Counted from the first letter of the stretch, positions 26,792 through 39,972 are shown. The stretch is 64,000 nt of DNA from an uncultured bacterium (GCA_964628055.1 CAZVNL010000003.1:1795-65794); one strand, 5' to 3'. Notes: generated by a model from the sequence alone, not told the origin. Made by a program: numbers and translations.

Positions 26792-27905
26792 GCTCCTCAT
26801 CGTCCTGCTATCGGCAGCCCTGGCTTTTTCCGGCTGCACCATGGTGAAAAAGTTATTCGGTAAAAAAGGTTTTGAAGGAACCTCCGTTGGGGACGTGGAG
26901 ATGTTGCGTTTAGCTTATCAAGAGGGGAAACTCCAGGCCCTGGAAGAGCTTATCAGCATGTACAATGACTCCAATTTACCTTTTGATGTACGGATAGCCG
27001 CCGGGAAAGCCCTGGCGGAAACCCACCATCCAACAGCTTTAAATGCCCTTGCCAAGGTGGTAGCGGATGCCGAAGCCCTGGACCTTACCCTCATGGAAGC
27101 TTCCATCGAACTCCTGGCCACCTTTCGGGACAACCCTAAAGCCGCCGACGCCATGGTGGCTGCCATGCATCAAGTCGATGAAAAAAGCAATCACCTGTAC
27201 ATGACCCTGGTTAAGAATTTGAACCGGGTACGGACCAAAGACCAGGTCCTGGCGCTGCTTGACCTGTACGAAGCGGCCCGTTCCAACGTTACCCGTACCG
27301 ACAAACTCCTGGCCGAAACCCTGGGCGCCATCGGATCCCAGGAAGTCATCCCCATTCTGGTGTCCATTGCCAAAGACCCGGAAATCAACGTGGGTGTTCG
27401 GAACCGGGCGGTGGAAATTTTAGGGCGGAAAAATCCTCAAGAAGTGGCGGTCGCCTTTGCGGAGCTATTGGGAGATCCGAACACCAACCTGGAAGTACGG
27501 GAATTCGCCCTCAACACCATCGCCGGAGTACGCGAAGAAAACCTCGTCCTTTCATTAATCGATACTTACAATATGGGGAAAAAGCAGTATTACAGTTTGG
27601 TCCAAACCCTATTAGAAGCTCTGGGGGAGTTTGACGATCCTCAAATCAAGCGGGCCATCGTGGAAATTGCCTTGAGCGAAGACTTCCCCCTTCCTATTCG
27701 TAAAAAGGCCATTGGTAATTTAGGGAAGATGGGGGATCCTTCAGTGGTACCACCTTTTCTGGAGCTATTGAAAGATCCCCGGAATTATACCCTCTATTAC
27801 CCGATCCATGACCTGATCCAGACCCTGGGAGTTCAGGATCAATACCAGGAACCCATGCGCCGCTTTGCCCTGCAAGCCCAAATGCAGGAGCGCGCCCATG
27901 AATAG
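26784..27905 (+). CDS. HEAT-repeat lipoprotein
   Basis: 373 aa. Lipobox LAFSGC, then repeated ..R..A..ALG.. helical HEAT-like units. Overlaps lpxH by 8 nt. Confidence 0.65.
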   Translation: MNKLLIVLLSAALAFSGCTMVKKLFGKKGFEGTSVGDVEMLRLAYQEGKLQALEELISMYNDSNLPFDVRIAAGKALAETHHPTALNALAKVVADAEALDLTLMEASIELLATFRDNPKAADAMVAAMHQVDEKSNHLYMTLVKNLNRVRTKDQVLALLDLYEAARSNVTRTDKLLAETLGAIGSQEVIPILVSIAKDPEINVGVRNRAVEILGRKNPQEVAVAFAELLGDPNTNLEVREFALNTIAGVREENLVLSLIDTYNMGKKQYYSLVQTLLEALGEFDDPQIKRAIVEIALSEDFPLPIRKKAIGNLGKMGDPSVVPPFLELLKDPRNYTLYYPIHDLIQTLGVQDQYQEPMRRFALQAQMQERAHE

Positions 27906-28665
27906 CCGTTGGTTTCTTATCGCCGGCCTGGTTGCCCTGGGCTTTTCTCAACCGCCCGACACTACGGACACCACAACCGCCTCGCAAGTTACTCCCCTAC
28001 CGGAAATACAAGCCGTAGGCGATACCTCTATATACCTCCCGGAAGGGAAACCCTTCTTCGAAGTGAAATCCAACTTGGAGTCTCTCCAACATCAAATCGA
28101 CTCTTTGAAACAGGTTCTCAAAGTGTACGAGAAGAAACAACCGTTACCCACCATTAATGAGGAATTGTTGAATCTCATTAAAGTGCCCCAATTCCAACAC
28201 CGCATCGAACTTACTAACGGCACGGTGGTCATGGGGAAAATCATTCAGGAATCCCTGGAAGAAATTATCGTCCAAACCAGTATTGGTCGTTTGGCCATTG
28301 ACCGTGATAAAGTGGTCAACATTACTGAAGAGCTACCTCCCCATGCTGAGGTGGAGTTAGTGAGCGAACCTTTCGTAAATGTATTCCCGGATCGAGAAGA
28401 AATCACCGGACTGGTAAAAAACACGGGGAAAATTCGGGCCGATTTCGTACGGGTTGTGGCAAACCTATGGGCCCTCACTACCGAACTGGCTGCTCAGGAT
28501 TCCGCTTTTATTAACGGAAAAGAAGTGAAATACCGTAGCGGGGTCATCACCGACACGGCTCTGGAACCGGGAGCCTCGGCCCCCTTCCGAATTATCGTCC
28601 CTTTAAACGAGAAGACTGCTGTGGAATACCGGACCTACGATATCCGTTGGTCCGAAGTAGAATAA
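27898..28665 (+). CDS. hypothetical secreted protein
   Basis: The ORF is open from 27865. ATG 27898 overlaps the upstream stop and yields the signal peptide MNSRWFLIAGLVALGFSQ. No family recognised. Confidence 0.5.
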   Translation: MNSRWFLIAGLVALGFSQPPDTTDTTTASQVTPLPEIQAVGDTSIYLPEGKPFFEVKSNLESLQHQIDSLKQVLKVYEKKQPLPTINEELLNLIKVPQFQHRIELTNGTVVMGKIIQESLEEIIVQTSIGRLAIDRDKVVNITEELPPHAEVELVSEPFVNVFPDREEITGLVKNTGKIRADFVRVVANLWALTTELAAQDSAFINGKEVKYRSGVITDTALEPGASAPFRIIVPLNEKTAVEYRTYDIRWSEVE

Positions 28666-28670
28666 AGTTA

Positions 28671-28694
28671 GCGGGTTTTCCTTTTTTAACCCGC
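28671..28694. terminator. hairpin between convergent genes (possible bidirectional terminator)
   Basis: GCGGGTT-TTCCTTTTTT-AACCCGC has a 7-bp perfect stem. It lies between the stop of the 27898..28665 gene and the stop of argF. Confidence 0.4.
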
Positions 28695-28757
28695 AAGAAA
28701 ATACCCTGGACGTGAATTACTTTCTAAAGAAAATGTCCTTGGTTTTGAACTGCTGTG

Positions 28758-29675
28758 TTAACTGCTACCTGCCAGAGTGACCATGATGGCGTCCTGAACA
28801 TGGAGGCGATTTTCCGCCTGCTGGAAAACGATGGAATAGTCCGCCTCCATTACCTCATCCGTAACTTCCCGGCCCCGCTCCGCCGGTAGGCAGTGCATAA
28901 AGAAGGTGTTCTTTTCTGTAGCTTGCATGAGCGTTGCATTCACCTGGAAAGGTCTAAAGACCCGTTCACGCTCAGCAATCTCTTCTTTCTGGCCCATGGA
29001 CGCCCACACATCGGTATACACCACGTCGGCCCCGACCACAGCTTTCATCGGATCGTGGACGACGGTTATGGAGGAGCGTCCGGTCTTTTGGGCAATAGCG
29101 ACGGTAGCAGGATCCGGTTCATAGTCTTCCGGACAGGCGCAGACGAATTCCAGGGGGAATACGGCGGCCAACCGGAGCCAGGAATGCACCACATTGTTGC
29201 CATCTCCCAGATAGGCAATTTTCAATCCGTCCAACGCTTGTTTCCGTTCCCAGATGGTGAAAATATCCGCCATAATTTGGCAGGGATGGTTGTAATCGGT
29301 AAGGCCATTAATTACCGGGATGGTCGCATGTTGCGCCAATTCCAAGAGGTGGGCGTGGTCAAAGAGCCGGGCCACGATGAGGTCATTATAACGATTTAAT
29401 AACCGGGCGATGTCCTTGATAGCTTCCCGCTTACCAATTCCGATATCAGCAGGCCCCAGAAAAATGGCGTGGCCTCCCATCCAGGAAAAACCGGTTTCGA
29501 ACGAAACCCGGGTACGGGCGGAGGGCTTGGCAAATATCATTGCCAGGGAACGGTCCTGGAAAGGTTTGAACCGTTCCCGACGGTGAAATTTCTCCTTTAA
29601 CTCCTTGGCCAAGTGCAGGATTTCCCATAACTCATCAGCCGTGAAATCATCAAGCTGGAGAAAATCTCGCTTCAC
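28758..29675 (-). CDS. argF: ornithine carbamoyltransferase
   Basis: 305 aa. Carbamoyl-phosphate motif SARTR, HPCQ, ornithine-binding DVWASMG and HCLPA. GTG start. Confidence 0.8.
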   Translation of the reverse strand: MKRDFLQLDDFTADELWEILHLAKELKEKFHRRERFKPFQDRSLAMIFAKPSARTRVSFETGFSWMGGHAIFLGPADIGIGKREAIKDIARLLNRYNDLIVARLFDHAHLLELAQHATIPVINGLTDYNHPCQIMADIFTIWERKQALDGLKIAYLGDGNNVVHSWLRLAAVFPLEFVCACPEDYEPDPATVAIAQKTGRSSITVVHDPMKAVVGADVVYTDVWASMGQKEEIAERERVFRPFQVNATLMQATEKNTFFMHCLPAERGREVTDEVMEADYSIVFQQAENRLHVQDAIMVTLAGSS

Positions 29676-29700
29676 GCCACCTTCCTTTCTTGCGTGGTCG

Positions 29701-30546
29701 TCACTGATTTAACATTTCGAATAACTTCGAGTCGGCTGGTAGAACCAAGGTGGTTTTATCATCAATGATCTTTTGATAAGCTTCCAGGATGCGCATGAAC
29801 TCGTAGAAGTCGGGATCAGAGGAAAAAGTCTGAGCGTAAATATCCACTGCCTTGGCATCCCCTTCACCCTTAATCTCTTCAGCCTGTTTGTAAGCCTCGG
29901 CCAGGATGACGGTCTTTTCCTTATCGGTCAAAGCCCGGATTTTCTTGGCCTCCTCTTCACCTTCCGACCGGAAGCGATTGGCTTGTCGTTTCCGCTCCGC
30001 ATCCATACGAGCATAGATGGACTTTTCATTCTCCTGGGGCAGGTCCACCCGCTTAATACGCACATCCACTACGTCGATCCCATAATCATCGGTAGCGGTG
30101 TCGCTGGCGGCGGTGACCTGGTTCATAATCAACTCCCGGTTTTCGGTGATAATCTCGGACATATTATGGGTGCCTAATACCTGGCGTAACTTGGAGTACA
30201 CAATATCGTCCAACCGAGTGACGGCGTTGGGAATCGCTTGAACCGTCTGCAGAAACAGGAGCGGATCTTTAATTCTCCACCGGACATAGTTATCGACGAT
30301 GAGAGTCTTCTTATCCTTGCTTAATATTTCCTCTGGTGGAACGTCGTACTCCAGGAGACGATCATCAAACACCACAGTATTCTGGAACGGCACCGGCAGC
30401 TTGAAATGCAGGCCCGGTTCCTGGATGGTCCGCACCGGTTTCCCGAATTGCAAAACGACCACCTGCTCTGTTTCGTCCACTACAAAAACGGTGGTGTAGA
30501 CTATAATAATACCTAAAACTATGAGGGCTAAGATCCACTTTTTCAC
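29701..30546 (-). CDS. hflC: protease modulator HflC (SPFH/band-7)
   Basis: 281 aa with an N-terminal TM and an SPFH domain. It follows hflK with a 4-nt overlap. Confidence 0.8.
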   Translation of the reverse strand: MKKWILALIVLGIIIVYTTVFVVDETEQVVVLQFGKPVRTIQEPGLHFKLPVPFQNTVVFDDRLLEYDVPPEEILSKDKKTLIVDNYVRWRIKDPLLFLQTVQAIPNAVTRLDDIVYSKLRQVLGTHNMSEIITENRELIMNQVTAASDTATDDYGIDVVDVRIKRVDLPQENEKSIYARMDAERKRQANRFRSEGEEEAKKIRALTDKEKTVILAEAYKQAEEIKGEGDAKAVDIYAQTFSSDPDFYEFMRILEAYQKIIDDKTTLVLPADSKLFEMLNQ

Positions 30547-31517
30547 TGCTGACCCCCTTTCTCGTTAGTGAGATTCAAAAGATTGAGAAGGTTGCTGTTC
30601 TTCCCTTTTGGTACAATGTATTTCTGAATCCCCGGTAATATTTTTTCCATGGTCTCTAAGTACATCCGTTTGCGGGTAATATCCTTGGCTTTGCGATACT
30701 CTTTAAGAATGGTTTTAAAACGGGCCACATCTCCTTCGGCTCGTTTAATACGGGCTTCTCGAAACCCTTCCGCCGCTCGAATCATGGCTTCGGCTTCTCC
30801 CCGTGCCTTTGGAATAATATCGTTGCGATACCCTTCCGCTTGGTTAATCATGCGATTCTTATCCTCTTTGGCCGAGGCCACGTCCTTGAATGCGGCAACT
30901 ACCTGTTTGGGTGGGGAAACATCCTGAAGCTGCACAGCCACAACCTGAATCCCGGTCTTGTACTTGTCCAAAATCAACTGGAGTAATTCTTTGGATTCCT
31001 CCTGGATTTGCAACTTTCCGGTTGTGAGGGCTTGATCAATATCATGTCGGCCAATGACCGTGCGGAGGGTGGCTTCGGAAGCTTCACGGACGGTCACCAT
31101 AGGCCGTACAAAGTTGAACAAGTAATCGGCGGCGTTCTTGATTTTATATTGGACGATCAATTCCGCATCGACAATGTTCTCATCGCCGGTGAGCATGAGA
31201 CTTTCATTTTCCACCGTACGAAACTGGTTTTTACCCACCGACCGAAAACCGATTTCGATGCGCTTTACCTCCATGACTTTAGGCGTGTCCACTACCTCAA
31301 TGGGGTAAGGTAGATGGTAGTTCAACCCGGATTGGGCAATGCGGGTAAACTTACCAAAGGTTCGAACGACGCCCATTTCATCAGGACCCACAACGTAGAT
31401 TCCCGTGAGTAGCCAAATGATAAGGGCGATGCTTACAATGGGTATCACTCCCAGGGTAAGCAAGCGTTCTGGGACGCGTATTTCGCGGTCCCCTACAATG
31501 ATCCGTCGAAAGGCCAT
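30543..31517 (-). CDS. hflK: protease modulator HflK (SPFH/band-7)
   Basis: 324 aa. TM helix, SPFH domain and a C-terminal coiled region. Paired with hflC. Confidence 0.8.
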   Translation of the reverse strand: MAFRRIIVGDREIRVPERLLTLGVIPIVSIALIIWLLTGIYVVGPDEMGVVRTFGKFTRIAQSGLNYHLPYPIEVVDTPKVMEVKRIEIGFRSVGKNQFRTVENESLMLTGDENIVDAELIVQYKIKNAADYLFNFVRPMVTVREASEATLRTVIGRHDIDQALTTGKLQIQEESKELLQLILDKYKTGIQVVAVQLQDVSPPKQVVAAFKDVASAKEDKNRMINQAEGYRNDIIPKARGEAEAMIRAAEGFREARIKRAEGDVARFKTILKEYRKAKDITRKRMYLETMEKILPGIQKYIVPKGKNSNLLNLLNLTNEKGGQQ

Positions 31518-31541
31518 ACAAATACCTCCCTTTTCTTTAGT

Positions 31542-32891
31542 TTAGAGGGTGCGACGCAACCTGGCTACGGGATAGTGCAACTGTTCACGATACTTCGCCA
31601 CGGTCCGGCGAGCCACCGGAAAACCACGCTCATTTAACAGGTGCATTAATTCAGCATCCGTGTAAGGATGGTGCTTATCCTCTTGCTCAATGATTTCCTT
31701 CAAAGCCACTTTAATCTGGTGGGTACTTATCTCCTGGCCAGAGTCTAAAGTAAAGGATTCGGTGAAAAAAAACTTCAGTTCGTACACGCCGAAGGGGGTG
31801 TCCACGTATTTCCCTCTAGTGGAACGACTGATTGTAGAAATATCCATGCCGATATCGTCGGCAATATCCTGGAGCTTCAGGGGTCGTAATTGATCCACAA
31901 GACCCTGGAAAAATTCTGGTTGGTGCGCAATAATCGCTTCCATGACTCGCACCAGGGTACGGCGACGTTGCTCGATAGCCTGGATGAACCAGTAGGCAGA
32001 ATCCAATTTTTGCTTAAGGTACCTCTGGGCGGTCGCGTCCATTGGCCCTGTAGACTGAAACATGGCCGCATACTGGCTATTGATACGCAAATCCGGCAAC
32101 CAGTTGTCGTTCAGTAAAACCACCCACTTGCCATCTTGTTCCACAACTCTTAAATCGGGTATCACCGTCTGGTCTTTGGTGAGGGATTGCCCCTCCCCGG
32201 GCCGGGGATTCAAATGGGAGATCACCTCCAATGCCTGGGTAAGTTCCTCCTCGGTACACCCGAGACTCCTCAGGATCGCTTCATAACGATGGTTGGCAAG
32301 GTTCTCAAACTGCTTAGCGATAATACGGTAAGCCAAACTCTCCGGATTCCCATCTAACTGCACCAATAAACACTCGCGTAAATTCCGGGCCGCAATCCCA
32401 GGGGGATTCAAATGCTGAACGACTTTCAAAATACGTTCAACCTCGGCTTCTTCCCGGCCGTACCGATCAGCTATGAGTACCAGGTCCACCGTGAGGTAAC
32501 CGCGGTCGTCTATATTCCATAAAATCTCCAGGGCGATTTCCCGTTCCCAATCTTCCAGCTCACACAAGTCTAACTGCTCTACCAAATCGTCGCTAAAATC
32601 CCGCCGTTCGGGCAAGGGCATGTCTGGCGTTTCTTGTCGGGAATCGAACACCCGCGGCGGTTCAAACGTGTCCTCTCGCTCCCAATCCAATTCATTGGGA
32701 ATCGTCTCTTCCGGGGTTGGGACTTCTTCCTCTACGGGAGATTCAACCGACTCCAGGACAGGATTGGATTCCAATTCCTCAATAATCTTTTGTTCCAGGT
32801 TAATGGTGTTTAATTGCAACAGAGTCGCCTGCAAGATTTGCTGGGGTGAGAGGATTTGTTTCTGGGCTAACTTTTGCTCTAACCGTACCAT
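31542..32891 (-). CDS. rpoN: RNA polymerase sigma-54 factor
   Basis: 449 aa. Gln/Leu-rich region I (KLAQKQILSPQQILQ), an acidic region II and the C-terminal RpoN box ARRTVAKYR. It sits immediately downstream of lptB, as in many Gram-negative bacteria. Confidence 0.92.
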   Translation of the reverse strand: MVRLEQKLAQKQILSPQQILQATLLQLNTINLEQKIIEELESNPVLESVESPVEEEVPTPEETIPNELDWEREDTFEPPRVFDSRQETPDMPLPERRDFSDDLVEQLDLCELEDWEREIALEILWNIDDRGYLTVDLVLIADRYGREEAEVERILKVVQHLNPPGIAARNLRECLLVQLDGNPESLAYRIIAKQFENLANHRYEAILRSLGCTEEELTQALEVISHLNPRPGEGQSLTKDQTVIPDLRVVEQDGKWVVLLNDNWLPDLRINSQYAAMFQSTGPMDATAQRYLKQKLDSAYWFIQAIEQRRRTLVRVMEAIIAHQPEFFQGLVDQLRPLKLQDIADDIGMDISTISRSTRGKYVDTPFGVYELKFFFTESFTLDSGQEISTHQIKVALKEIIEQEDKHHPYTDAELMHLLNERGFPVARRTVAKYREQLHYPVARLRRTL

Positions 32892-32892
32892 C

Positions 32893-33630
32893 TCATCCCA
32901 GCTTGAACTGCTCTCCTAAATACAACCATCGCGCCTCGGGATCATTGGCTAAAAATTCAGAAGTCCCCGCCTTCAAAATCTGCCCCTCATAGAGGAGGTA
33001 GGAACGGTCCGTGATAGAAAGCGTCTCGCGCACATTATGATCAGTGATTAAAATTCCAATATTGCGATCTTTCAAACTATGAACCAGGGATTGGATATTC
33101 TCCACTGCAATGGGGTCCACACCGGCAAAAGGTTCATCCAAGAGAATGAAGTCCGGATCCAGGGCCAGGGTTCTACAAATCTCTACGCGCCGACGTTCAC
33201 CACCAGAGAGGGTGTTGCCTTTATGTTTTCGCAAGTGGGTAATAGACAAGTCTTCCAGTACTTGGTCGATGCGCTCCTGCCGTTCCGTCTTACCCAACTT
33301 CGTTATTTCCAACACCAGGTGAATATTGTCTTCCACGGTTAACTTACCGAAAATAGAGGGTTCCTGGGACAGATACCCGATCCCCTGCCGAGACCTGCGA
33401 TACATGGCGGCCTGGGTAATTTCTTCATCATCCAAAAATATCCGCCCGCGAGTAGGTTTGATCATCCCCGTAATCATATAAAAGGTGGTGGTTTTGCCAG
33501 CACCGTTGGGACCTAAAAGTCCAATGATTTCGCCTTTCTTCACGTCTAAACTGACATCCGACACGACCATGCGCTTACCATACTTTTTGTACAGTCCCTC
33601 GGCGCGTAAACGTTGGTGACTATTTTTCAT
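32893..33630 (-). CDS. lptB: LPS export ABC transporter ATP-binding protein
   Basis: 245 aa. Walker A GPNGAGKTT, signature LSGGERRRVEI and Walker B ILLDEP. It lies in the lptC-lptB-rpoN context. Confidence 0.9.
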   Translation of the reverse strand: MKNSHQRLRAEGLYKKYGKRMVVSDVSLDVKKGEIIGLLGPNGAGKTTTFYMITGMIKPTRGRIFLDDEEITQAAMYRRSRQGIGYLSQEPSIFGKLTVEDNIHLVLEITKLGKTERQERIDQVLEDLSITHLRKHKGNTLSGGERRRVEICRTLALDPDFILLDEPFAGVDPIAVENIQSLVHSLKDRNIGILITDHNVRETLSITDRSYLLYEGQILKAGTSEFLANDPEARWLYLGEQFKLG

Positions 33631-34174
33631 CTTGCCCTCGCTGCGTTACGCCAGAAGGGTTTAGTATCTTCCAGTGTTCCAGGCTCACGTCGGACTCGAA
33701 ACCTACACCATAAAGGGTATCCCCGTTTTCGGTGGTGAGCATGATGGGGTCGTCGGTGTAGATCATCTCTAACGCGGAATTCCACGCCAAGGTGTCCGTA
33801 AACAGGGTAACGCCACTGTCCGACTCCACGATCACCTCCTGTATCGCAGTCATAAAGTTGGATTTTTCATCCACTTCGGCCCGCTGAGATACCAACTTGG
33901 TCGTATGAACTTCCCTGGTATTGTAAAAATCAGCCTCCACGCCCTGATCCAAAAGAATGTACTGTTTTTGGCTATATTTCTCTAAATGTCCCGAGCGTAC
34001 TACCGCTCGCTGCAACCCCTCGTTCGTGAGGAAAATCGTAACCCCCCAGCTTTCCTGGTCAGGCCGCCCTTCCCGGCTCTCTCCCTGGGGTACGGAACCG
34101 GGAGAGGAGCACGACATAACGAATAAGCTAGCGAGCAGGAAAGCGAAGGCTAATACGGGACGAAAAAAGTGCAT
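33620..34174 (-). CDS. lptC: LptC-like (OstA-fold) LPS export periplasmic protein
   Basis: 184 aa with an N-terminal anchor/lipobox (LFVMSCSS) and a beta-rich body. Positioned between kdsC and lptB. Assignment as LptC rather than LptA rests on size and position. Confidence 0.55.
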   Translation of the reverse strand: MHFFRPVLAFAFLLASLFVMSCSSPGSVPQGESREGRPDQESWGVTIFLTNEGLQRAVVRSGHLEKYSQKQYILLDQGVEADFYNTREVHTTKLVSQRAEVDEKSNFMTAIQEVIVESDSGVTLFTDTLAWNSALEMIYTDDPIMLTTENGDTLYGVGFESDVSLEHWKILNPSGVTQRGQDEK

Positions 34175-34195
34175 TGTTCCCCACCTTCGGAATAG

Positions 34196-34750
34196 TCATC
34201 CATCTTCCACCCGCTCTAAAAGCTCGGCCTTTAATTTTTCAACCACTTCCGTATAGATTCCCCGTTGCCGTAGAATCCAGTCCACCGCTTCCCGGAAAGC
34301 CCCTTCACCTCCCCGCGCTCCCGTCGTGTAGACAGCTACGGTTTTTACGGGTTCGTACGCATTACGCACCGCGATGGGTAGCCCCACGCGCTCCATGACA
34401 GAAATATCCACCAAGTCATCCCCCAAGTAGGCAACGGCATCTTCTTTGAGATTATATTTTTTTAGCAGGGAAAGATATGGTTTTAATTTATTGAGACACC
34501 CGTTGTATACATCCTGAATCCCTAATTCTTGGGCACGATTAGCTGTAGCGAGTGAGTGACGCCCGGAAAGGAAAGCAATTCGTAATCCTGCGGTGCGGGC
34601 CAGGGCTACACCGGCACCATCAGCAATACAGAACCGCTTCATCTCCGCGCCTTCTTCTCCCAGATAAACCGACCCGTCCGTGAGGACACCATCCACATCG
34701 GAGATAACCAGTTCAATTTTTGAACAACGCTCTCTAAACTCACCGGACAC
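34196..34750 (-). CDS. kdsC: 3-deoxy-D-manno-octulosonate 8-phosphate phosphatase (HAD-IIIA)
   Basis: 184 aa. HAD motif I ISDVDGVLTDG and the C-terminal GDDLVD. Lies next to kdsA. Confidence 0.8.
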   Translation of the reverse strand: MSGEFRERCSKIELVISDVDGVLTDGSVYLGEEGAEMKRFCIADGAGVALARTAGLRIAFLSGRHSLATANRAQELGIQDVYNGCLNKLKPYLSLLKKYNLKEDAVAYLGDDLVDISVMERVGLPIAVRNAYEPVKTVAVYTTGARGGEGAFREAVDWILRQRGIYTEVVEKLKAELLERVEDG

Positions 34751-35573
34751 GGTTAACCACTACCTCGCGAATGCGTATTAAATCGGTAAGTAAAGGGGTC
34801 AATTGATCCAGCGGCCATTGCGTGGCGGCGTCGGATTTGGCTTGGGAAGGATTGTCGTGTACCTCCATGAAAATGCCATCGCAACCCACGGCAACTGCAG
34901 AGCGGGCCAGGGCCGGAATGAACTCCCGGGACCCACCGGTTTCCCCGGCTCCCGAACCAGGTATTTGAGCGCTGTGTGTAGCGTCGAATATCACCGGGTA
35001 TCCCGTCCTCTGCATGATGAGAATGGACCGCATATCCGACACCATGTCCTGGTAACCAAAAGTAGTCCCGCGGTCAGTGAGTAGAATGCGGTGGTTGTCC
35101 GTACTTTCGATTTTAGCGACTACATGTTCCATCTTATAAGGCGCCAGGAACTGGCCTTTCTTTACGTTCACCACTTTTCCCGCCCGACCCACCGCCAGCA
35201 CCAAATCAGTCTGCCGGCAGAGAAAGGCTGGAATCTGTAGGACATCGGCGACTTCGGCCACGGCCGTCACTTGCTCAGGAAGGTGAACATCCGTTAAAAC
35301 CGGGACTCCCACGGTGTCTTTTACCTCTGCCAGGATAACGAGGCCTTCCTCCAAGCCCGGTCCGCGGAAAGAATCCAGGGCGGTACGGTTAGCTTTATCA
35401 AAGGAACTCTTAAAGATGTACGGAAGGTCTAATTGCCGGGCGATGGCGGCGATGGCAGAGGCCATTTTCAACGCATGGTCACGGCTCTCAATAACGCAGG
35501 GGCCTGCAATGAGCGGCATGGCCTCGGTGCCAAAACGGACACCCTCAATATTAATATGTTTAGACGACGGCAT
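34740..35573 (-). CDS. kdsA: 2-dehydro-3-deoxyphosphooctonate aldolase (KDO8P synthase)
   Basis: 277 aa. Motifs ..IAGPCVIES.., ..FKSSFDKANR.. and ..DATHS.. Confidence 0.9.
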   Translation of the reverse strand: MPSSKHINIEGVRFGTEAMPLIAGPCVIESRDHALKMASAIAAIARQLDLPYIFKSSFDKANRTALDSFRGPGLEEGLVILAEVKDTVGVPVLTDVHLPEQVTAVAEVADVLQIPAFLCRQTDLVLAVGRAGKVVNVKKGQFLAPYKMEHVVAKIESTDNHRILLTDRGTTFGYQDMVSDMRSILIMQRTGYPVIFDATHSAQIPGSGAGETGGSREFIPALARSAVAVGCDGIFMEVHDNPSQAKSDAATQWPLDQLTPLLTDLIRIREVVVNRVR

Positions 35574-35642
35574 GATTTTTGTTGAACTACGTTAATTGAA
35601 AATACCCACAAATAGCCTAAAGGGCCAAATGGGGATTAAATA

Positions 35643-38016
<2,374 letters not shown>

Positions 38017-38311
38017 AATTATTGGTCCCCGATCACCATAGGAGATTCATAAAAAATAGAGCGACGAATATACCACCCCTTACAGCAAGGAGTATGAGGA
38101 TCGACCGACCAAGGATCCGTCTTAGACACCCGTTCGGTGCCATAAATCGTGTTTAGCCCCACCATGAGTTACAAAACTAAGGGCTGAATTTAGCGTGGGT
38201 CGAGTAAGATATTTGAGGGAAAAATACGACGCCAGAATATCGTCTCATTACCCGAGTTTGGCCCTCGAGAACCCCGACTAAGAAGAGAAACGATTTAAAC
38301 TTAGGGGCTAA

Positions 38312-39868
38312 TTAAGCGTGCAGTCTGGTGGTCGATTCGTAGCTGGGATCAGGCTCCTGTAGATGTTTGGTCCGCTCGATGATCATGGGATAACTCAGAT
38401 TAAGTACCTGCCCAAGCACCGTTTTATTGTAGCCATATTTTCGGTGGAGATACCGGAAAAAGTCTCGGCTGAACGTCTGATTCAACTCCTTCCAGGAAAG
38501 ATCCTTGTGGCCATAGATGTAACCTTTCAGGGAATCTACAACCTGTTCCTCCGGTATTTTCGGATGGGGTCTACGATAATCCGGGAACTTAAAACCCCGT
38601 TTGATGAGCTTGGCCTGCATGGAATAGAAGGTCGTTTGTTTAATCTGTAACCGGTGGAAGAAGGCCTCCCGCGATGGGGCCCATCGACGCTGCCATATGA
38701 TCACGTTGTAATGGAAAATATCCCTGATTTGCACCCAGGTCTTTCCCTCGGTATATGCAAACACAGATTCCAGGGTAGGAGCGGGAGCGGCAACAGGGAT
38801 GAAACGCTGCAACAATTCCACGTATTCTTCCACTACGCGTAGGCGGGAACCGGTGAGACTAAGGCCCTGGCTCACCTGATCAATGGTGGCCTCATATCCA
38901 CGTTGATAATAGTGACGCGCCTTCAACGGCTGGTGGAGGTACCGATCGTAGACTTCCCCGATGAAACGGTATTCTTCCGGTATTTGAGAGATGACGTTGT
39001 GATCCAGACTGATATCTAAAGCCTGGAGACAAAACTCAACGGCATCCACGTAATCTTCTTGTTTGAACCGTAGATACGCCAGGTTCTCATGGATGTAGGC
39101 CTTCAAGTAATAGCTCTCTACTGTCTCCAGCACAGCCTTCAACTGATACTCGGCCTCTTCGTACTTGCCCTGCATGACGTAAAAATATCCAATGGAATTA
39201 TTCACCATCCAAATGAGATAGTGGTACGGGCCTTTTTCGGCCAAGCGTAAAGCCCCGGCCAATAACTTCTTCGCCTTGGCATATTTCCCCTCTCTAATCG
39301 CCACATGACCCGAACGATGCAAAGCAAGTATATATTGCATCGTATAGGGTTTCAGTTGCTTGACGAGATCCTGTAGATGTTTAGATTTCTGACCGAAATA
39401 ATCAACCTTGATACACTCAATTTGATACTCGGCGAATAAATTCAAGGTTGGTGACGAAGCGTACTTCTTCGCTAAGATGAAATTGTTCAATGCTAGACCA
39501 TATTCTTTTACCAAGCGGCAATAAAGCCCTACCTCATAGTGTACATAGGCTAAGACTTCATCCTCACTCGGATTATCCAAGGTGGTATTATTTCTCGTAG
39601 CAATATTCATGGCTTCATCTAAAAGCTGTTTCGTGGCAACCAAGTTACCCTCCAGGGAATATACCTTGGCCTTTCCAGCTAAAATAAATGCCCGTAAGCG
39701 TTCGTCGATAATGGCCTCAGGATTAAATTGCACAAACATCTCCTTCAAACGGGTAGGATCGTAGAATCCTAACTGTCCGAAAAATACCAACTGTTCCTTG
39801 AGATGATACTCCGGCAACTGCTCTAAAGCCCAATCATTGACTCTTTTTGGTCTGGTATTCATTTTCAA
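38312..39868 (-). CDS. TPR-repeat protein with two C-terminal Fis-like HTH segments (putative transcriptional regulator)
   Basis: 518 aa. TPR-like helical repeats run through the first 330 aa or so (..GKYAKAKKLLAGALRLAEK.., ..GKYEEAEYQLKAVLE.., ..EDYVDAVEFCLQALDI..). The C-terminus carries LQIKQTTFYSMQAKLIKRGF and YNKTVLGQVLNLSYPMIIERTKHL, which resemble HTH_8. No family name recognised. Confidence 0.55.
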   Translation of the reverse strand: MKMNTRPKRVNDWALEQLPEYHLKEQLVFFGQLGFYDPTRLKEMFVQFNPEAIIDERLRAFILAGKAKVYSLEGNLVATKQLLDEAMNIATRNNTTLDNPSEDEVLAYVHYEVGLYCRLVKEYGLALNNFILAKKYASSPTLNLFAEYQIECIKVDYFGQKSKHLQDLVKQLKPYTMQYILALHRSGHVAIREGKYAKAKKLLAGALRLAEKGPYHYLIWMVNNSIGYFYVMQGKYEEAEYQLKAVLETVESYYLKAYIHENLAYLRFKQEDYVDAVEFCLQALDISLDHNVISQIPEEYRFIGEVYDRYLHQPLKARHYYQRGYEATIDQVSQGLSLTGSRLRVVEEYVELLQRFIPVAAPAPTLESVFAYTEGKTWVQIRDIFHYNVIIWQRRWAPSREAFFHRLQIKQTTFYSMQAKLIKRGFKFPDYRRPHPKIPEEQVVDSLKGYIYGHKDLSWKELNQTFSRDFFRYLHRKYGYNKTVLGQVLNLSYPMIIERTKHLQEPDPSYESTTRLHA

Positions 39869-39972
39869 AGCCCTCTCAGTACTATTTTTTTAAGCCATGG
39901 TGACAGGTTCTGCTCTTCAATGCTATCACTTCCCTCAGAAAGTGTATTCAACAACTAGCATCTTCAAGGAGT